DNA of 64,000 bases. Origin: Bacilli bacterium. Lineage in GTDB: Bacteria; Bacillota_I; Bacilli_A; ML615J-28; CAG-313. The notes beneath the pieces were generated by a model. That model saw nothing but the letters and a program-made list of their open reading frames with translations. It did not search any database and was not told the origin of the DNA. The stretch is taken from the NCBI GenBank assembly GCA_045536365.1, contig JAZSNL010000020.1:96767-160766 (forward strand), read 5' to 3'. A program made the translations under genes and the position numbers. Shown here piece after piece: positions 41,180 to 50,591 of the stretch; position 1 is the first letter of the stretch; each line of letters starts with the position of its first letter.

Positions 41180-42100
41180 TTGGAAGATATTACAGTATTA
41201 ATACTTGCGGCGGGAAAAGGAACAAGAATGAAAACTAATGTTCCTAAATGTTTAACATTATTTCATTATAAACCAATGTTATCATATATATTAAATACAT
41301 TAAATAAAATGAAACTTACTGATATTGGTTTAATTGTTGGATATAAAAAAGAAGAAATTAAAAAACACATAAAAAAGAAAGTAACATATATATACCAAAA
41401 AGAACAATTAGGTACAGGTAATGCGGTGGAAAGCGCTGAAAAATTTTATAAAGGTAAAAATAATAATATTATAATTATTCCTTCAGATATACCTTTAATA
41501 AATGATGATATTTTAAATAAATTAATAAAATATCATATTGATTCATCGAATGATTTAACCATTGTTTCTAATATTATTGATAATCCTTTTGGATATGGAA
41601 GAATATTAAGAAATAAAGAAAATAAGATAATTAGAATAATTGAAGAAAAAGATGCAAATTTTGAAGAAAAGAAAATAAAAGAAATTAACACAGGTATATA
41701 TATAATTAAAGAAAGTGTTTTAACAAAAAATATTAAATTAATTAAAAATAATAATAGTAAAAAAGAATTCTATTTAACAGATATCATAGAAATACTTTTT
41801 AATAATAATTATAAAATAGATTCACTATCTTTTTATAACAATTTTCATTTAACAGGAGTAAATGATTTAGAAAGTTTAATTAATTTAGAATTAAAATATC
41901 AAATGTTTTTAAATAAAGAATTTATTAATAAAGGAATTCATTTAATAAACCCAGATACAATTATTATCGAAGATACTGTTGAAATAGAAGACTTTGTTAC
42001 AATTGATGCTTTTTGTGTAATAAAAGGAAAAACAAAGATTAAAAAAGGTTCATATATAAAACCATATACATATATAATTAACAATAAAATAATAGATTAA
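41180..42100 (+). CDS. glmU: GlmU-like GlcNAc-1-phosphate uridylyltransferase lacking most of the acetyltransferase domain
   Basis: TTG start after GGAGGT; LAAGKGTRMK..PK, QLGTG, GYGRI, EINTG, EFYLTD and GVND; ends at 306 aa after a few hexapeptide turns. Confidence 0.8.
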   Translation: MEDITVLILAAGKGTRMKTNVPKCLTLFHYKPMLSYILNTLNKMKLTDIGLIVGYKKEEIKKHIKKKVTYIYQKEQLGTGNAVESAEKFYKGKNNNIIIIPSDIPLINDDILNKLIKYHIDSSNDLTIVSNIIDNPFGYGRILRNKENKIIRIIEEKDANFEEKKIKEINTGIYIIKESVLTKNIKLIKNNNSKKEFYLTDIIEILFNNNYKIDSLSFYNNFHLTGVNDLESLINLELKYQMFLNKEFINKGIHLINPDTIIIEDTVEIEDFVTIDAFCVIKGKTKIKKGSYIKPYTYIINNKIID

Positions 42101-42155
42101 ATGCATAAATTATTAAATTGTGGTAAAATATTATATATAATATGGAGGTGGCGAA

Positions 42156-43574
42156 ATGAATTATGATGTTATCATAATTGGTGCTGGTGTAGTAGGAGCA
42201 CAGATTGCAAGAAGACTATCTAAATATAAATTAAATATCTTAGTATTAGAAAAAGAAAATGATGTTGGTGATGGATCAAGCTCTGCTAATAGCGCAATCA
42301 TTCATTCAGGATATGACCCTCTTCCTGGGACCCTTAAAGCAAGATTAAATGTTTTAGGAAATCAAATGTATGATGAAATATGTAGTGATTTAGATGTAGA
42401 ATTTAAAAGAATTGGTTCTTTGACATTATCTAATAGTGAAGAAGAAGATGAAATATTAAAAGAATTAGTTTTACGCGCAGAACAAAACAACGTAGAAGTT
42501 AAATTAATAAATCAAGAAGAACTAAGACAAATAGAGCCAAACGTTTCAAAAAGCGCTAGAATGGCCTTATTTGCGCCTACAGCGGGAATTATTAATCCAT
42601 TTGAGTTAGTTGTTGCGTTGATGGAAAATGCGGTTGATAATGGCGTAGAATTGAAATTATCAGAAGAAGTAATAAACATAAAAAGAGAAAATGATTTATT
42701 TACTGTATATACATCAAATAATACTTATTATTCTAATTACATTATTAACGCAAGTGGATTATATTCAGATAAGGTAAATGAAATGATAAATCCTAAATCA
42801 TTTACTATTATACCTACTAAAGGTGAATATACTGTTTTAGACCATTTTGATAAGAATTATGTTAAACACACATTATTTAATGTTCCTTCTAAAAAAGGTA
42901 AGGGGGTACTTGTTTCTCCTACTACTAGTAATAATTACTTAGTAGGACCTTCATCAGAAGTAATATTAGAAAAAGATGATACTTCATGTAATTATGAAAT
43001 ATTACAAAATGTTAAATCAAAAGCATATGATTTAGTTGATATATTAAGAATAGATCAACAAATTAAACAATTTGCGGGGATAAGAGCAGTAAGTGATACA
43101 AAAGATTTTGTTATTGAGGAAACAAGTTATCATTTTATTAATGTAGCGGGTATACAATCACCTGGTCTTGCTTCAAGTCCTGCTATTGCGGTGATGGTTT
43201 GTGATATGATTAAGAATAAGGAAGAAAAAGAAAATTGGAATCCTAAAAGAAGACCACTTGTTAGATTAAATAAAATGAGTTTTGAAGAAAGAAAAGAATT
43301 TGTTTCAAATAATCCATTATTTGGAAAAATTATTTGTCGATGTGAAAAAATAACAGAAGGTGAAATTCTTGATGTAATTAATCGCTCTTGCGGAGCAACA
43401 ACCATAAAAGGTGTTAAGAAAAGAATTAGACCTGGATTTGGCAAATGTCAAGGTGGTTTTTGTCAATCATATGTTTTAGATATATTATCAAGAGAGTTAA
43501 ATAAAGATAAAAAAACGATTACTTATGGTAAAACTGGATCATATATTTTAAAAGGAAGAACTAAAGGTGAATAA
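42156..43574 (+). CDS. FAD-dependent oxidoreductase with C-terminal BFD-like [2Fe-2S] domain (GlpA/LhgO-like)
   Basis: IIGAGVVG, SSANSAIIHSG, GIQSPGL and CRCE...GKCQGGFC. Confidence 0.85.
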   Translation: MNYDVIIIGAGVVGAQIARRLSKYKLNILVLEKENDVGDGSSSANSAIIHSGYDPLPGTLKARLNVLGNQMYDEICSDLDVEFKRIGSLTLSNSEEEDEILKELVLRAEQNNVEVKLINQEELRQIEPNVSKSARMALFAPTAGIINPFELVVALMENAVDNGVELKLSEEVINIKRENDLFTVYTSNNTYYSNYIINASGLYSDKVNEMINPKSFTIIPTKGEYTVLDHFDKNYVKHTLFNVPSKKGKGVLVSPTTSNNYLVGPSSEVILEKDDTSCNYEILQNVKSKAYDLVDILRIDQQIKQFAGIRAVSDTKDFVIEETSYHFINVAGIQSPGLASSPAIAVMVCDMIKNKEEKENWNPKRRPLVRLNKMSFEERKEFVSNNPLFGKIICRCEKITEGEILDVINRSCGATTIKGVKKRIRPGFGKCQGGFCQSYVLDILSRELNKDKKTITYGKTGSYILKGRTKGE

Positions 43575-43575
43575 T

Positions 43576-44838
43576 ATGATGAATTTTTCTGAACAATATG
43601 ATCTTATTATAATAGGTGGAGGAAGCGGTGGAATGGCTGCTGCTATTTCTGCTTATGATAATGGAATTAAAAAAGTTTTAATATTAGAAAAAGAACCATA
43701 TTTAGGAGGAATATTACTTCAATGTATTCATAATGGATTTGGTCTTCATACTTTTAAAGAAGAATTAACAGGACCTGAATATGCATATCGTTTTGTTGAA
43801 GAAGTAGAAAAAAGAAATATTTTATATAAAGTTAATTCAATGGTAATAAATATTGAAAAAGAAAATGATGAGTTATATGTTACTTATTCAAATACTATTG
43901 ATGGGTTAATTAAAGCTAAAACTAAAGCTGTCCTCACCGCAACAGGTTGTTCAGAAAGAACAAGAGGTGCGATATCAACACCAGGAGATCGTCCTAGTGG
44001 AATAATGACAGCTGGTTTGGGACAAAAATATTTAAATATCGAAGGATATATGATTGGTAAAAAAGTCTTTATTTTAGGTAGTGGAGATATCGGCTTAATT
44101 ATGGCAAGAAGAATGACTTTAGAAGGAGCTAAAGTATTAGGTGTTGCGGAGATAATGCCGTATTCTAATGGATTAAACCGTAATATTGTTCAATGTCTCG
44201 AAGATTATGATATACCTTTATATTTAAGTCATACTGTTAAAAGAGTGATAGGTAAAGAAAGATTAGAAAAAATTATTTTATGTAAGGTTGATGAAAAATT
44301 AAATTTCATTGAAGGAACAGAAAAAGAATTTGAAGTAGATACCTTATTATTATCAGTAGGACTTCTTCCTAACAATCCATTACTTAGTTCCTTAGGTGTT
44401 ATTATGAATCCTAAGACAAAAGGACCGATGGTAGATGAAACTTATCAAACATCAGTTAAAGGTGTTTTTGCATGTGGTAATAGTTTACATGTTCATGATT
44501 TGGTTGATTTCGTAACTAATGAAGCGAAATTAGCAGGAGCTTATGCGGCTAAATATATTTTAAATGAATTACATCAAGGTGAAAAAATCTCTATTGTTAA
44601 TGGTAATGGAATTAATTATGTTTTGCCTCAACAAGTTGATTTATTAAATGTTGATAAATTACAAATTAGTTTTAGAGTAAATAAACCATATAAAGATGTC
44701 AAAGTGAAAATATATCAAAATGATGTATTAATAAAAGAAATTAAAAAACAATATTTATTACCTGCTGAAATGGAAAATATTATTATAAATAAAGAATTAA
44801 TAACTTCAAATAATCCAATTAAATTGGAGGTAGAATAA
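43576..44838 (+). CDS. NAD(P)/FAD-dependent oxidoreductase partner subunit
   Basis: IGGGSGG, GGILLQCIHNGFG, ATGCSER, LGSGDIG and GVFACGN. Confidence 0.85.
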   Translation: MMNFSEQYDLIIIGGGSGGMAAAISAYDNGIKKVLILEKEPYLGGILLQCIHNGFGLHTFKEELTGPEYAYRFVEEVEKRNILYKVNSMVINIEKENDELYVTYSNTIDGLIKAKTKAVLTATGCSERTRGAISTPGDRPSGIMTAGLGQKYLNIEGYMIGKKVFILGSGDIGLIMARRMTLEGAKVLGVAEIMPYSNGLNRNIVQCLEDYDIPLYLSHTVKRVIGKERLEKIILCKVDEKLNFIEGTEKEFEVDTLLLSVGLLPNNPLLSSLGVIMNPKTKGPMVDETYQTSVKGVFACGNSLHVHDLVDFVTNEAKLAGAYAAKYILNELHQGEKISIVNGNGINYVLPQQVDLLNVDKLQISFRVNKPYKDVKVKIYQNDVLIKEIKKQYLLPAEMENIIINKELITSNNPIKLEVE

Positions 44839-45185
44839 TGAAAGAATTAATTTGTATTGTATGTCCAAAAGGATGTCATTTAAAAATAGATGATCAAATG
44901 AATGTAACTGGAAATGGTTGTAAAAGAGGAATTGATTACGCTAAAAATGAAGTTACTAATCCAACAAGAATGATTACTTCGACTGTTAAAATTAAAAATG
45001 GTGAAATTGATAGGTTACCTATTAGAACAAATAAACCAATTTCTAAGTCTAAAATATTTGAAGTAATGAAATATCTAAATAATGTTGAAGTATCTGCTCC
45101 AATAAATATTGGTGAAGTTATAGTTTCTCATATTTTAGATACTGATGTAGATATTATTTCAACAAGAAAAGTAGATAAAAAATAA
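44838..45185 (+). CDS. DUF1667 CxxC metal-binding protein
   Basis: CIVCPKGC...GNGCKRG...NPTRMITSTV; third gene of the conserved oxidoreductase triad. Confidence 0.85.
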   Translation: MKELICIVCPKGCHLKIDDQMNVTGNGCKRGIDYAKNEVTNPTRMITSTVKIKNGEIDRLPIRTNKPISKSKIFEVMKYLNNVEVSAPINIGEVIVSHILDTDVDIISTRKVDKK

Positions 45186-45280
45186 ACAATGTATTTTTTG
45201 TAAATATATGAAAAGTATGATATAATAATGAAAGTGTAAAAAAACTTATACTAATGTATAAGTTTTTTTAGGAGGATAAT

Positions 45281-45871
45281 ATGAATTTTAAATTCTTTTT
45301 AGATAGTATATTATTAGGTGTAGGATTAACAATGGATGCTTTTTCTGTTTCTCTTGCGAATGGTTTTAAAGAACCAAATATGAAATTAAAGAAAATATTA
45401 TTAATAAGCGGAATATTTGGTTTATTTCAAATGTTAATGCCATTAATAGGGTGGTTTTTTGTTCATTCATTAGTAGAAAAAATTCAAGTATTAACTTATT
45501 TTATTCCATGGATTGCCCTTGTATTATTATTATATATAGGTGGTAAAATGGTATTTGAGTTCTTTTGTAAGAAAGAGGAAGAAGAAAATTCTAAAGAAAC
45601 AACTTTATCATTTATAATCATACAAGGTATTGCAACATCAATTGATGCATTATCAGTAGGATTTAATATTGCAAATTATCAATTTTCATATGCATTTATT
45701 TCAACTTTAATAATAGGATTAATAACTTTTGGTTTTTGTTTAGTAGGTGTTATTTTAGGTAAAAAATTTGGAACAAAATTTTCTACATATGCTGAACTTA
45801 TCGGAGGTATTATTTTAATATTAATTGGAATAGAAATTTTTGTAACAGGGATGATTGATTTATATGCATAA
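45281..45871 (+). CDS. mntP: Manganese efflux pump MntP family
   Basis: GLTMDAFSVS, FQMLMPLIGW, ATSIDALSVG and AELIGGIILILIG. Confidence 0.88.
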   Translation: MNFKFFLDSILLGVGLTMDAFSVSLANGFKEPNMKLKKILLISGIFGLFQMLMPLIGWFFVHSLVEKIQVLTYFIPWIALVLLLYIGGKMVFEFFCKKEEEENSKETTLSFIIIQGIATSIDALSVGFNIANYQFSYAFISTLIIGLITFGFCLVGVILGKKFGTKFSTYAELIGGIILILIGIEIFVTGMIDLYA

Positions 45872-45875
45872 TAGT

Positions 45876-47468
45876 ATGAAAAAAATTACAACATTTTTGT
45901 TAATCCTGTGGTCAAGTTTTTTAATTTTATTTATTACTTTTGGTTCAAGTGTTGCTTCAAAAGTATATCAGTATGTATTAGAAAAATTGAATCAAGAAGA
46001 ATTTGAAATAGAAGATGTAAATTTTATTCTTGAAGAAGAATATTTAGTCGGTAATTCATATCATTTGAATTATACTGTTTTCCCTCATAATAATATTGAT
46101 CATGGATTAAAATTTGAATCATTGAATCCAGAAATATTTAGTGTATCAAAGGATGGATATATTACAGGATTAAGAACAAGTTCTGATAAAACAACTGGTA
46201 AATTAAGAATAACTTCTTCAAAGGATTTATTATTTGAAAAAATTATTGATTTGAATTTTACCAAAACTTATCCGGATGATATTTTATTAAATCTTAGTTC
46301 TACTTTTAAAAAAGAAAATGATGTTTATATTGTCTATTTAAATACCCCTGTTGATATATTATTTTCAGTTGTAGGTGAACTTAATAAGATTACTGAAAGA
46401 GTACCAGAACTTATTTATGATCATGAAGTGTTTGATAAAACAAGTACATATGTTTTATTACCTAAGAAAAAAGTTGATGAAACTACAATTAGCGTAAAAT
46501 TGAATAATTTCTTAAAGGAAATCAAAGTTAAAGTTATTGATATTGTTGATGATCCTGAAATGTATGAATTAAATTCACAAATAACAAATTTTGTTATGAA
46601 TCAAGGATCAAATGAAGGTGACATATATTATACTGGTTCTAATATTTATGCAAAATTATATAATGGTAATTATAATATTATTGCACCTCATACATTCGCC
46701 TCATCAAATCCTGAGATAGCTAGTGTATCTAATCATTCGATTGTTCCTAAAAAAGCAGGAGAGGTTACTATTACCGCAACGCTTTTTAATGGTGTTAAAG
46801 TTTCTAAAACTATTCAAATTAGAAATAAAATATATTTACCTGAAATAACAGGTTTAGATTTTACAGAAAATAATAGTGTAGATATATATTCAAATGAATC
46901 TGCTTTAATTGATATTGTATTTCCTTTAACTGCTGAATTTACTGATTATCAAATTATATATGATGAAGAAGCCCTTGAACTTAAAAAAATAAGTGAATTT
47001 CAATATCAACTTACCGCAATCCATGAAGGTACACATAGTTTTAAAATTGTTGTTGATGATGGATATAAAACAGAAGAAAGATTATATACTTTAAATGTTA
47101 CTAAAAATAGTAAATTTATATATTTCTTTAGAGTATATTTGCCAACTATTGTGCCAAAGGTTATGGGACATATGGCCTTGTTTGCGGTAGAGGGATTATT
47201 TGTTGTTTTATTTATTGTATTTAATTTATCTAATAAAAAATTAAAGAGTTTTATTTGTTTTGTATCTATTGGAACCTTCTGTGCTGGTATTACAGAGTTT
47301 ATACAACTATTTATACCTGGTAGAAGCGGAAGGTTTGAAGATATGGCTTTTGATTTGGTAGGGTATATATTAGGTTCAATCTTGTTTTATATAATTTATC
47401 AACTTATAAAAGGTATTATTTATTTAATAAAAAAATTATCTGAAAAGAAAGCAAAATGTAAAAATTAG
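45876..47468 (+). CDS. VanZ-family membrane domain fused to a large extracellular Ig-like (Big_2) region
   Basis: N-terminal TM; FESLNPEIFSVSKDG and SSNPEIASV...AGEVTITAT; C-terminal GHMALF...TEFIQLFIPGRSGRFED..FD..G. Start uncertain (45855/45864/45876). Confidence 0.75.
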   Translation: MKKITTFLLILWSSFLILFITFGSSVASKVYQYVLEKLNQEEFEIEDVNFILEEEYLVGNSYHLNYTVFPHNNIDHGLKFESLNPEIFSVSKDGYITGLRTSSDKTTGKLRITSSKDLLFEKIIDLNFTKTYPDDILLNLSSTFKKENDVYIVYLNTPVDILFSVVGELNKITERVPELIYDHEVFDKTSTYVLLPKKKVDETTISVKLNNFLKEIKVKVIDIVDDPEMYELNSQITNFVMNQGSNEGDIYYTGSNIYAKLYNGNYNIIAPHTFASSNPEIASVSNHSIVPKKAGEVTITATLFNGVKVSKTIQIRNKIYLPEITGLDFTENNSVDIYSNESALIDIVFPLTAEFTDYQIIYDEEALELKKISEFQYQLTAIHEGTHSFKIVVDDGYKTEERLYTLNVTKNSKFIYFFRVYLPTIVPKVMGHMALFAVEGLFVVLFIVFNLSNKKLKSFICFVSIGTFCAGITEFIQLFIPGRSGRFEDMAFDLVGYILGSILFYIIYQLIKGIIYLIKKLSEKKAKCKN

Positions 47469-47497
47469 ACTTTATTCAATTATGAATAAAGTCTTTT
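47467..47497 (+). terminator. Intrinsic terminator
   Basis: AGACTTTATTCA-ATTA-TGAATAAAGTCT plus TTT. Confidence 0.7.
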
Positions 47498-47568
47498 ACT
47501 TTTTTACTCATATTTTAACTAACTAATTGTAAAATATGGTATAATAAATAAAAGAAAGGGTGATAAAT

Positions 47569-48390
47569 ATGGAACAACAAGAAAAAAAGATGAAGTCAAA
47601 GTTGTTTATATTTTTTGAATGGGTATTTAATTTATTAGTATCTAATGTTTTAATATTATTACCTATTGTGCCTACAGTTGCTTATTTTAGGTTTTTTGTT
47701 AATGAAGAAAATGCAAGTAGTCCTGTTAATGTTGCGATTTTAGCAATTACTTTAGCTTTATTTGCTGTTTCATTATTCCCTAATATTACCGCATGTACTA
47801 AAACAATGAAAGATGGTATTGAAACTGATATTATATTTAAAACTCATTTTAGAAATTTAAAAGAGTGTTTTAAAAAATCTTTTGTGTTGGGAATAATTTT
47901 CTTTATTATTCTATCTATTATTATTTTTGGATTATTATTCTATATTTTCCAAGATTTTAATTCTATTCACATTGATCAGACTTTATTTGAAAAAATAGGG
48001 GAAAAGGCATCTTCAGCTGGTGTAGTAGTGATGTTTGTTGCGATGATATTTTTATTATTAATGGCTTCAAATGTGCCTTTAATTATTATTAATTTTAAGA
48101 AGTTAACAGTAGGAGAAATAATTAGATCTGCATTTTATCTTGCTTTTAGATATTTCTTAACTACGTTTATATTATTTGTTTTATTAGTATTTTCAGTTGG
48201 TATTGGTATTTTATGTTTTTTAAGTCAAATGGCAATACTGTTATTATTATGGATGATGATAGGTATCTCTTTACCTATTATGTTAGGAACAAAAATTACA
48301 AAACCAATTTTTTATATGTTAGAGAAAAAACAATTTGAAAGAATTATGCATTATGATGAGGAGGATGATTTAGATGATCTTGAATTCTAG
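47569..48390 (+). CDS. YesL/DUF624-like membrane protein heading the MurNAc operon
   Basis: Multi-TM; similar layout to 17747-18439 (N..IL..IVP, GISLP). ATG 47569 follows AGAAAGGG. Confidence 0.6.
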   Translation: MEQQEKKMKSKLFIFFEWVFNLLVSNVLILLPIVPTVAYFRFFVNEENASSPVNVAILAITLALFAVSLFPNITACTKTMKDGIETDIIFKTHFRNLKECFKKSFVLGIIFFIILSIIIFGLLFYIFQDFNSIHIDQTLFEKIGEKASSAGVVVMFVAMIFLLLMASNVPLIIINFKKLTVGEIIRSAFYLAFRYFLTTFILFVLLVFSVGIGILCFLSQMAILLLLWMMIGISLPIMLGTKITKPIFYMLEKKQFERIMHYDEEDDLDDLEF

Positions 48391-49534
48391 AAAAACAATA
48401 TTAGGTATTGAAAGAGTAGATGAATATAAAGAAATTTTTGAAAATAAAAGAATAGGATTAATTACTAATCCTACTGGTATTACAGGAGATTTTGTTTCTT
48501 CTATTGATGTTTTACTTAAAAAAACAAACTTAGTTGCATTATTTTCACCAGAACATGGTGTTCGAGCAAGTCTTCAAGCAGGACAACAATTAAGTACTTA
48601 TACTGATGAAGAAACTGGTTTACCAGTATATAGTTTATATGGTAAATCTAAGAAACCATCTAAAGAAATGATGGATGAACTTGATATTATATCAATTGAT
48701 ATTCAAGATAATGGTTCTAGATATTATACTTTTATTTACACAATGGCTTATTGTATGATGGCTTGTGCTGAATATGATAAAGAGTTTGTTGTATTTGATC
48801 GTCCTAATCCAATTAATGGTTTAAAGGTAGAAGGTAATATTTTAGATGTTGAAAAGTATCGTTCATTTGTTGGATATTATCCAATTGTTCAACGCCATGG
48901 TTTAACAATGGGTGAACTTGCTTTATTATTTAATAAAGAGTTTGGTATTAATTGTAAATTACATGTTATTCCGATGAAAAATTGGGAAAGAAAAATGGAC
49001 TTTGAAGAAACTGGTTTACCTTGGGTAATCCCTACGCCTAATCTTCCTAATATTTCTACTGCTTATGTATATAATGCAACATGTATTTTTGAAGGTACCA
49101 ATGTTTCAGAAGGAAGAGGAACTACAACACCATTTGAACTAGTGGGTGCTCCTTGGATAAAATCAGAAAGATTAGCTGAAGAGTTGAACTCATATAATTT
49201 AGAAGGAGTATACTTTAGACCTCAATACTATACTCCAACTTTCTCAAAATACGCAGGCGAATTATGTGGTGGGGTTTTTGTGCATATAACTAATCGTGAA
49301 AAGTTTAATAGTGTAAAAACTAGTTGGGTAATGTTACATCATATTAGAACAAAATATGCGGATAATTTCAAAATTAGTAAACCTTATGTTGAAGGTCGTC
49401 CTAGTTTATTTGAATTTGAAGCTGGTTGTGATGATGTTATTTTTAATAATACTTCACTTGAAGAACAACTAAATAAGGTAGAACAAGATTCTAAAAAGTT
49501 TGAAGAAATTAGAAAACCTTATTTAATTTACTAG
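48374..49534 (+). CDS. namZ: Exo-beta-N-acetylmuramidase NamZ (DUF1343), no signal peptide
   Basis: GLITNPTG, LFSPEHG, DIQD.G.RYYT, DRPNP, RHGLTMGELA and SEGRGTT.PFE. Confidence 0.9.
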   Translation: MILNSRKTILGIERVDEYKEIFENKRIGLITNPTGITGDFVSSIDVLLKKTNLVALFSPEHGVRASLQAGQQLSTYTDEETGLPVYSLYGKSKKPSKEMMDELDIISIDIQDNGSRYYTFIYTMAYCMMACAEYDKEFVVFDRPNPINGLKVEGNILDVEKYRSFVGYYPIVQRHGLTMGELALLFNKEFGINCKLHVIPMKNWERKMDFEETGLPWVIPTPNLPNISTAYVYNATCIFEGTNVSEGRGTTTPFELVGAPWIKSERLAEELNSYNLEGVYFRPQYYTPTFSKYAGELCGGVFVHITNREKFNSVKTSWVMLHHIRTKYADNFKISKPYVEGRPSLFEFEAGCDDVIFNNTSLEEQLNKVEQDSKKFEEIRKPYLIY

Positions 49535-49542
49535 GTGAGTAT

Positions 49543-50580
49543 ATGTATAAATACGGAGTTTCTATATTTACAGGTTTATCTGATTACACAAGAGAGGAAA
49601 ATCTTAAGTATTTAAAAACTGCAAGTGAAATGGGATGTGAAGTTATTTTTTCATCTGCACATATTAATGAAGCAGAAAAAGAGATTAACGAATTAGAAGA
49701 ATTAGTTACTTTAGCTTCATCTTATGGTATGAAAGTTAGTTTAGATGTATCTAAACCCATGATGAGTAATTTTAATGTTCCTAAAGGATTATATGCGTTA
49801 AGATTAGATTATGGTTTTTCATTAGATGAAATTGTTGAAATGTCTAATAATGCAGAGTTTTTTGTAGAATTAAATGTTTCTGTTTTAAATAAAAATGATA
49901 TTAATGTTTTAATTGAAAAAGGATTAAATATTTCAAGAACCAGAGCAAGCTTTAATTATTATCCTAAGCTTTACACAGGACATGATATACAGACATGTCA
50001 AGATATTATAAATGAATGTCATAAATATAATATTCCTGTACTTGGTTTTCTTCCATCAAAAGTAGGACATCGTCCTCCTTTATATGAAGGATTACCAACA
50101 ATTGAAAATCATCGTTATATTGATCTTGATTTAGCGATTGAAGAAATGAAAGCAATAGGATTTGATGAAATTGCATTTGGTGATGCGTATGCGTCAACTT
50201 TAGAAATTAAAAAGTTAAAAGAACATCAAAATGAAGAATTATATTTATATATGAAAAAGGAACAAAATGTTCCTTTAGAATGTTTAGATATTTTAGAGGG
50301 TATATATCGTATTAGACCTGATTTAAATTCATACATGATTAGAGTTACTTCAAAAAGAGGTAAATATGATATAAAAGAATTTAATACAGTTGAAAGATGT
50401 TATTTAGATGTTACTATAGATAATCTAAATTTTAAAAGATATAAAGGTGAAATTTGTATTGTATTAAAAGATTTACCGAAAGATGAAAGAGTTAATGTTA
50501 TTGGTAAATTATATACAACAGAATTCTTATTAGAGAGCGTTAAAAATAAAAAAAGTTTTAGAATAATTCCCATAGAATAA
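49543..50580 (+). CDS. mupG: MupG-family (DUF871) 6-phospho-N-acetylmuramidase
   Basis: GVSIF, LRLDYGF, NYYPK.YTG, EGLPTIENHR, DN..F.RY.GE and RVNVIG. Confidence 0.85.
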   Translation: MYKYGVSIFTGLSDYTREENLKYLKTASEMGCEVIFSSAHINEAEKEINELEELVTLASSYGMKVSLDVSKPMMSNFNVPKGLYALRLDYGFSLDEIVEMSNNAEFFVELNVSVLNKNDINVLIEKGLNISRTRASFNYYPKLYTGHDIQTCQDIINECHKYNIPVLGFLPSKVGHRPPLYEGLPTIENHRYIDLDLAIEEMKAIGFDEIAFGDAYASTLEIKKLKEHQNEELYLYMKKEQNVPLECLDILEGIYRIRPDLNSYMIRVTSKRGKYDIKEFNTVERCYLDVTIDNLNFKRYKGEICIVLKDLPKDERVNVIGKLYTTEFLLESVKNKKSFRIIPIE

Positions 50581-50591
50581 AGGAGAACAAC

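Noticed and set aside
45876-47468. Glycopeptide resistance locus
   Set aside because: No vanHAX or vanRS genes; VanZ-like domains are widespread outside resistance clusters.
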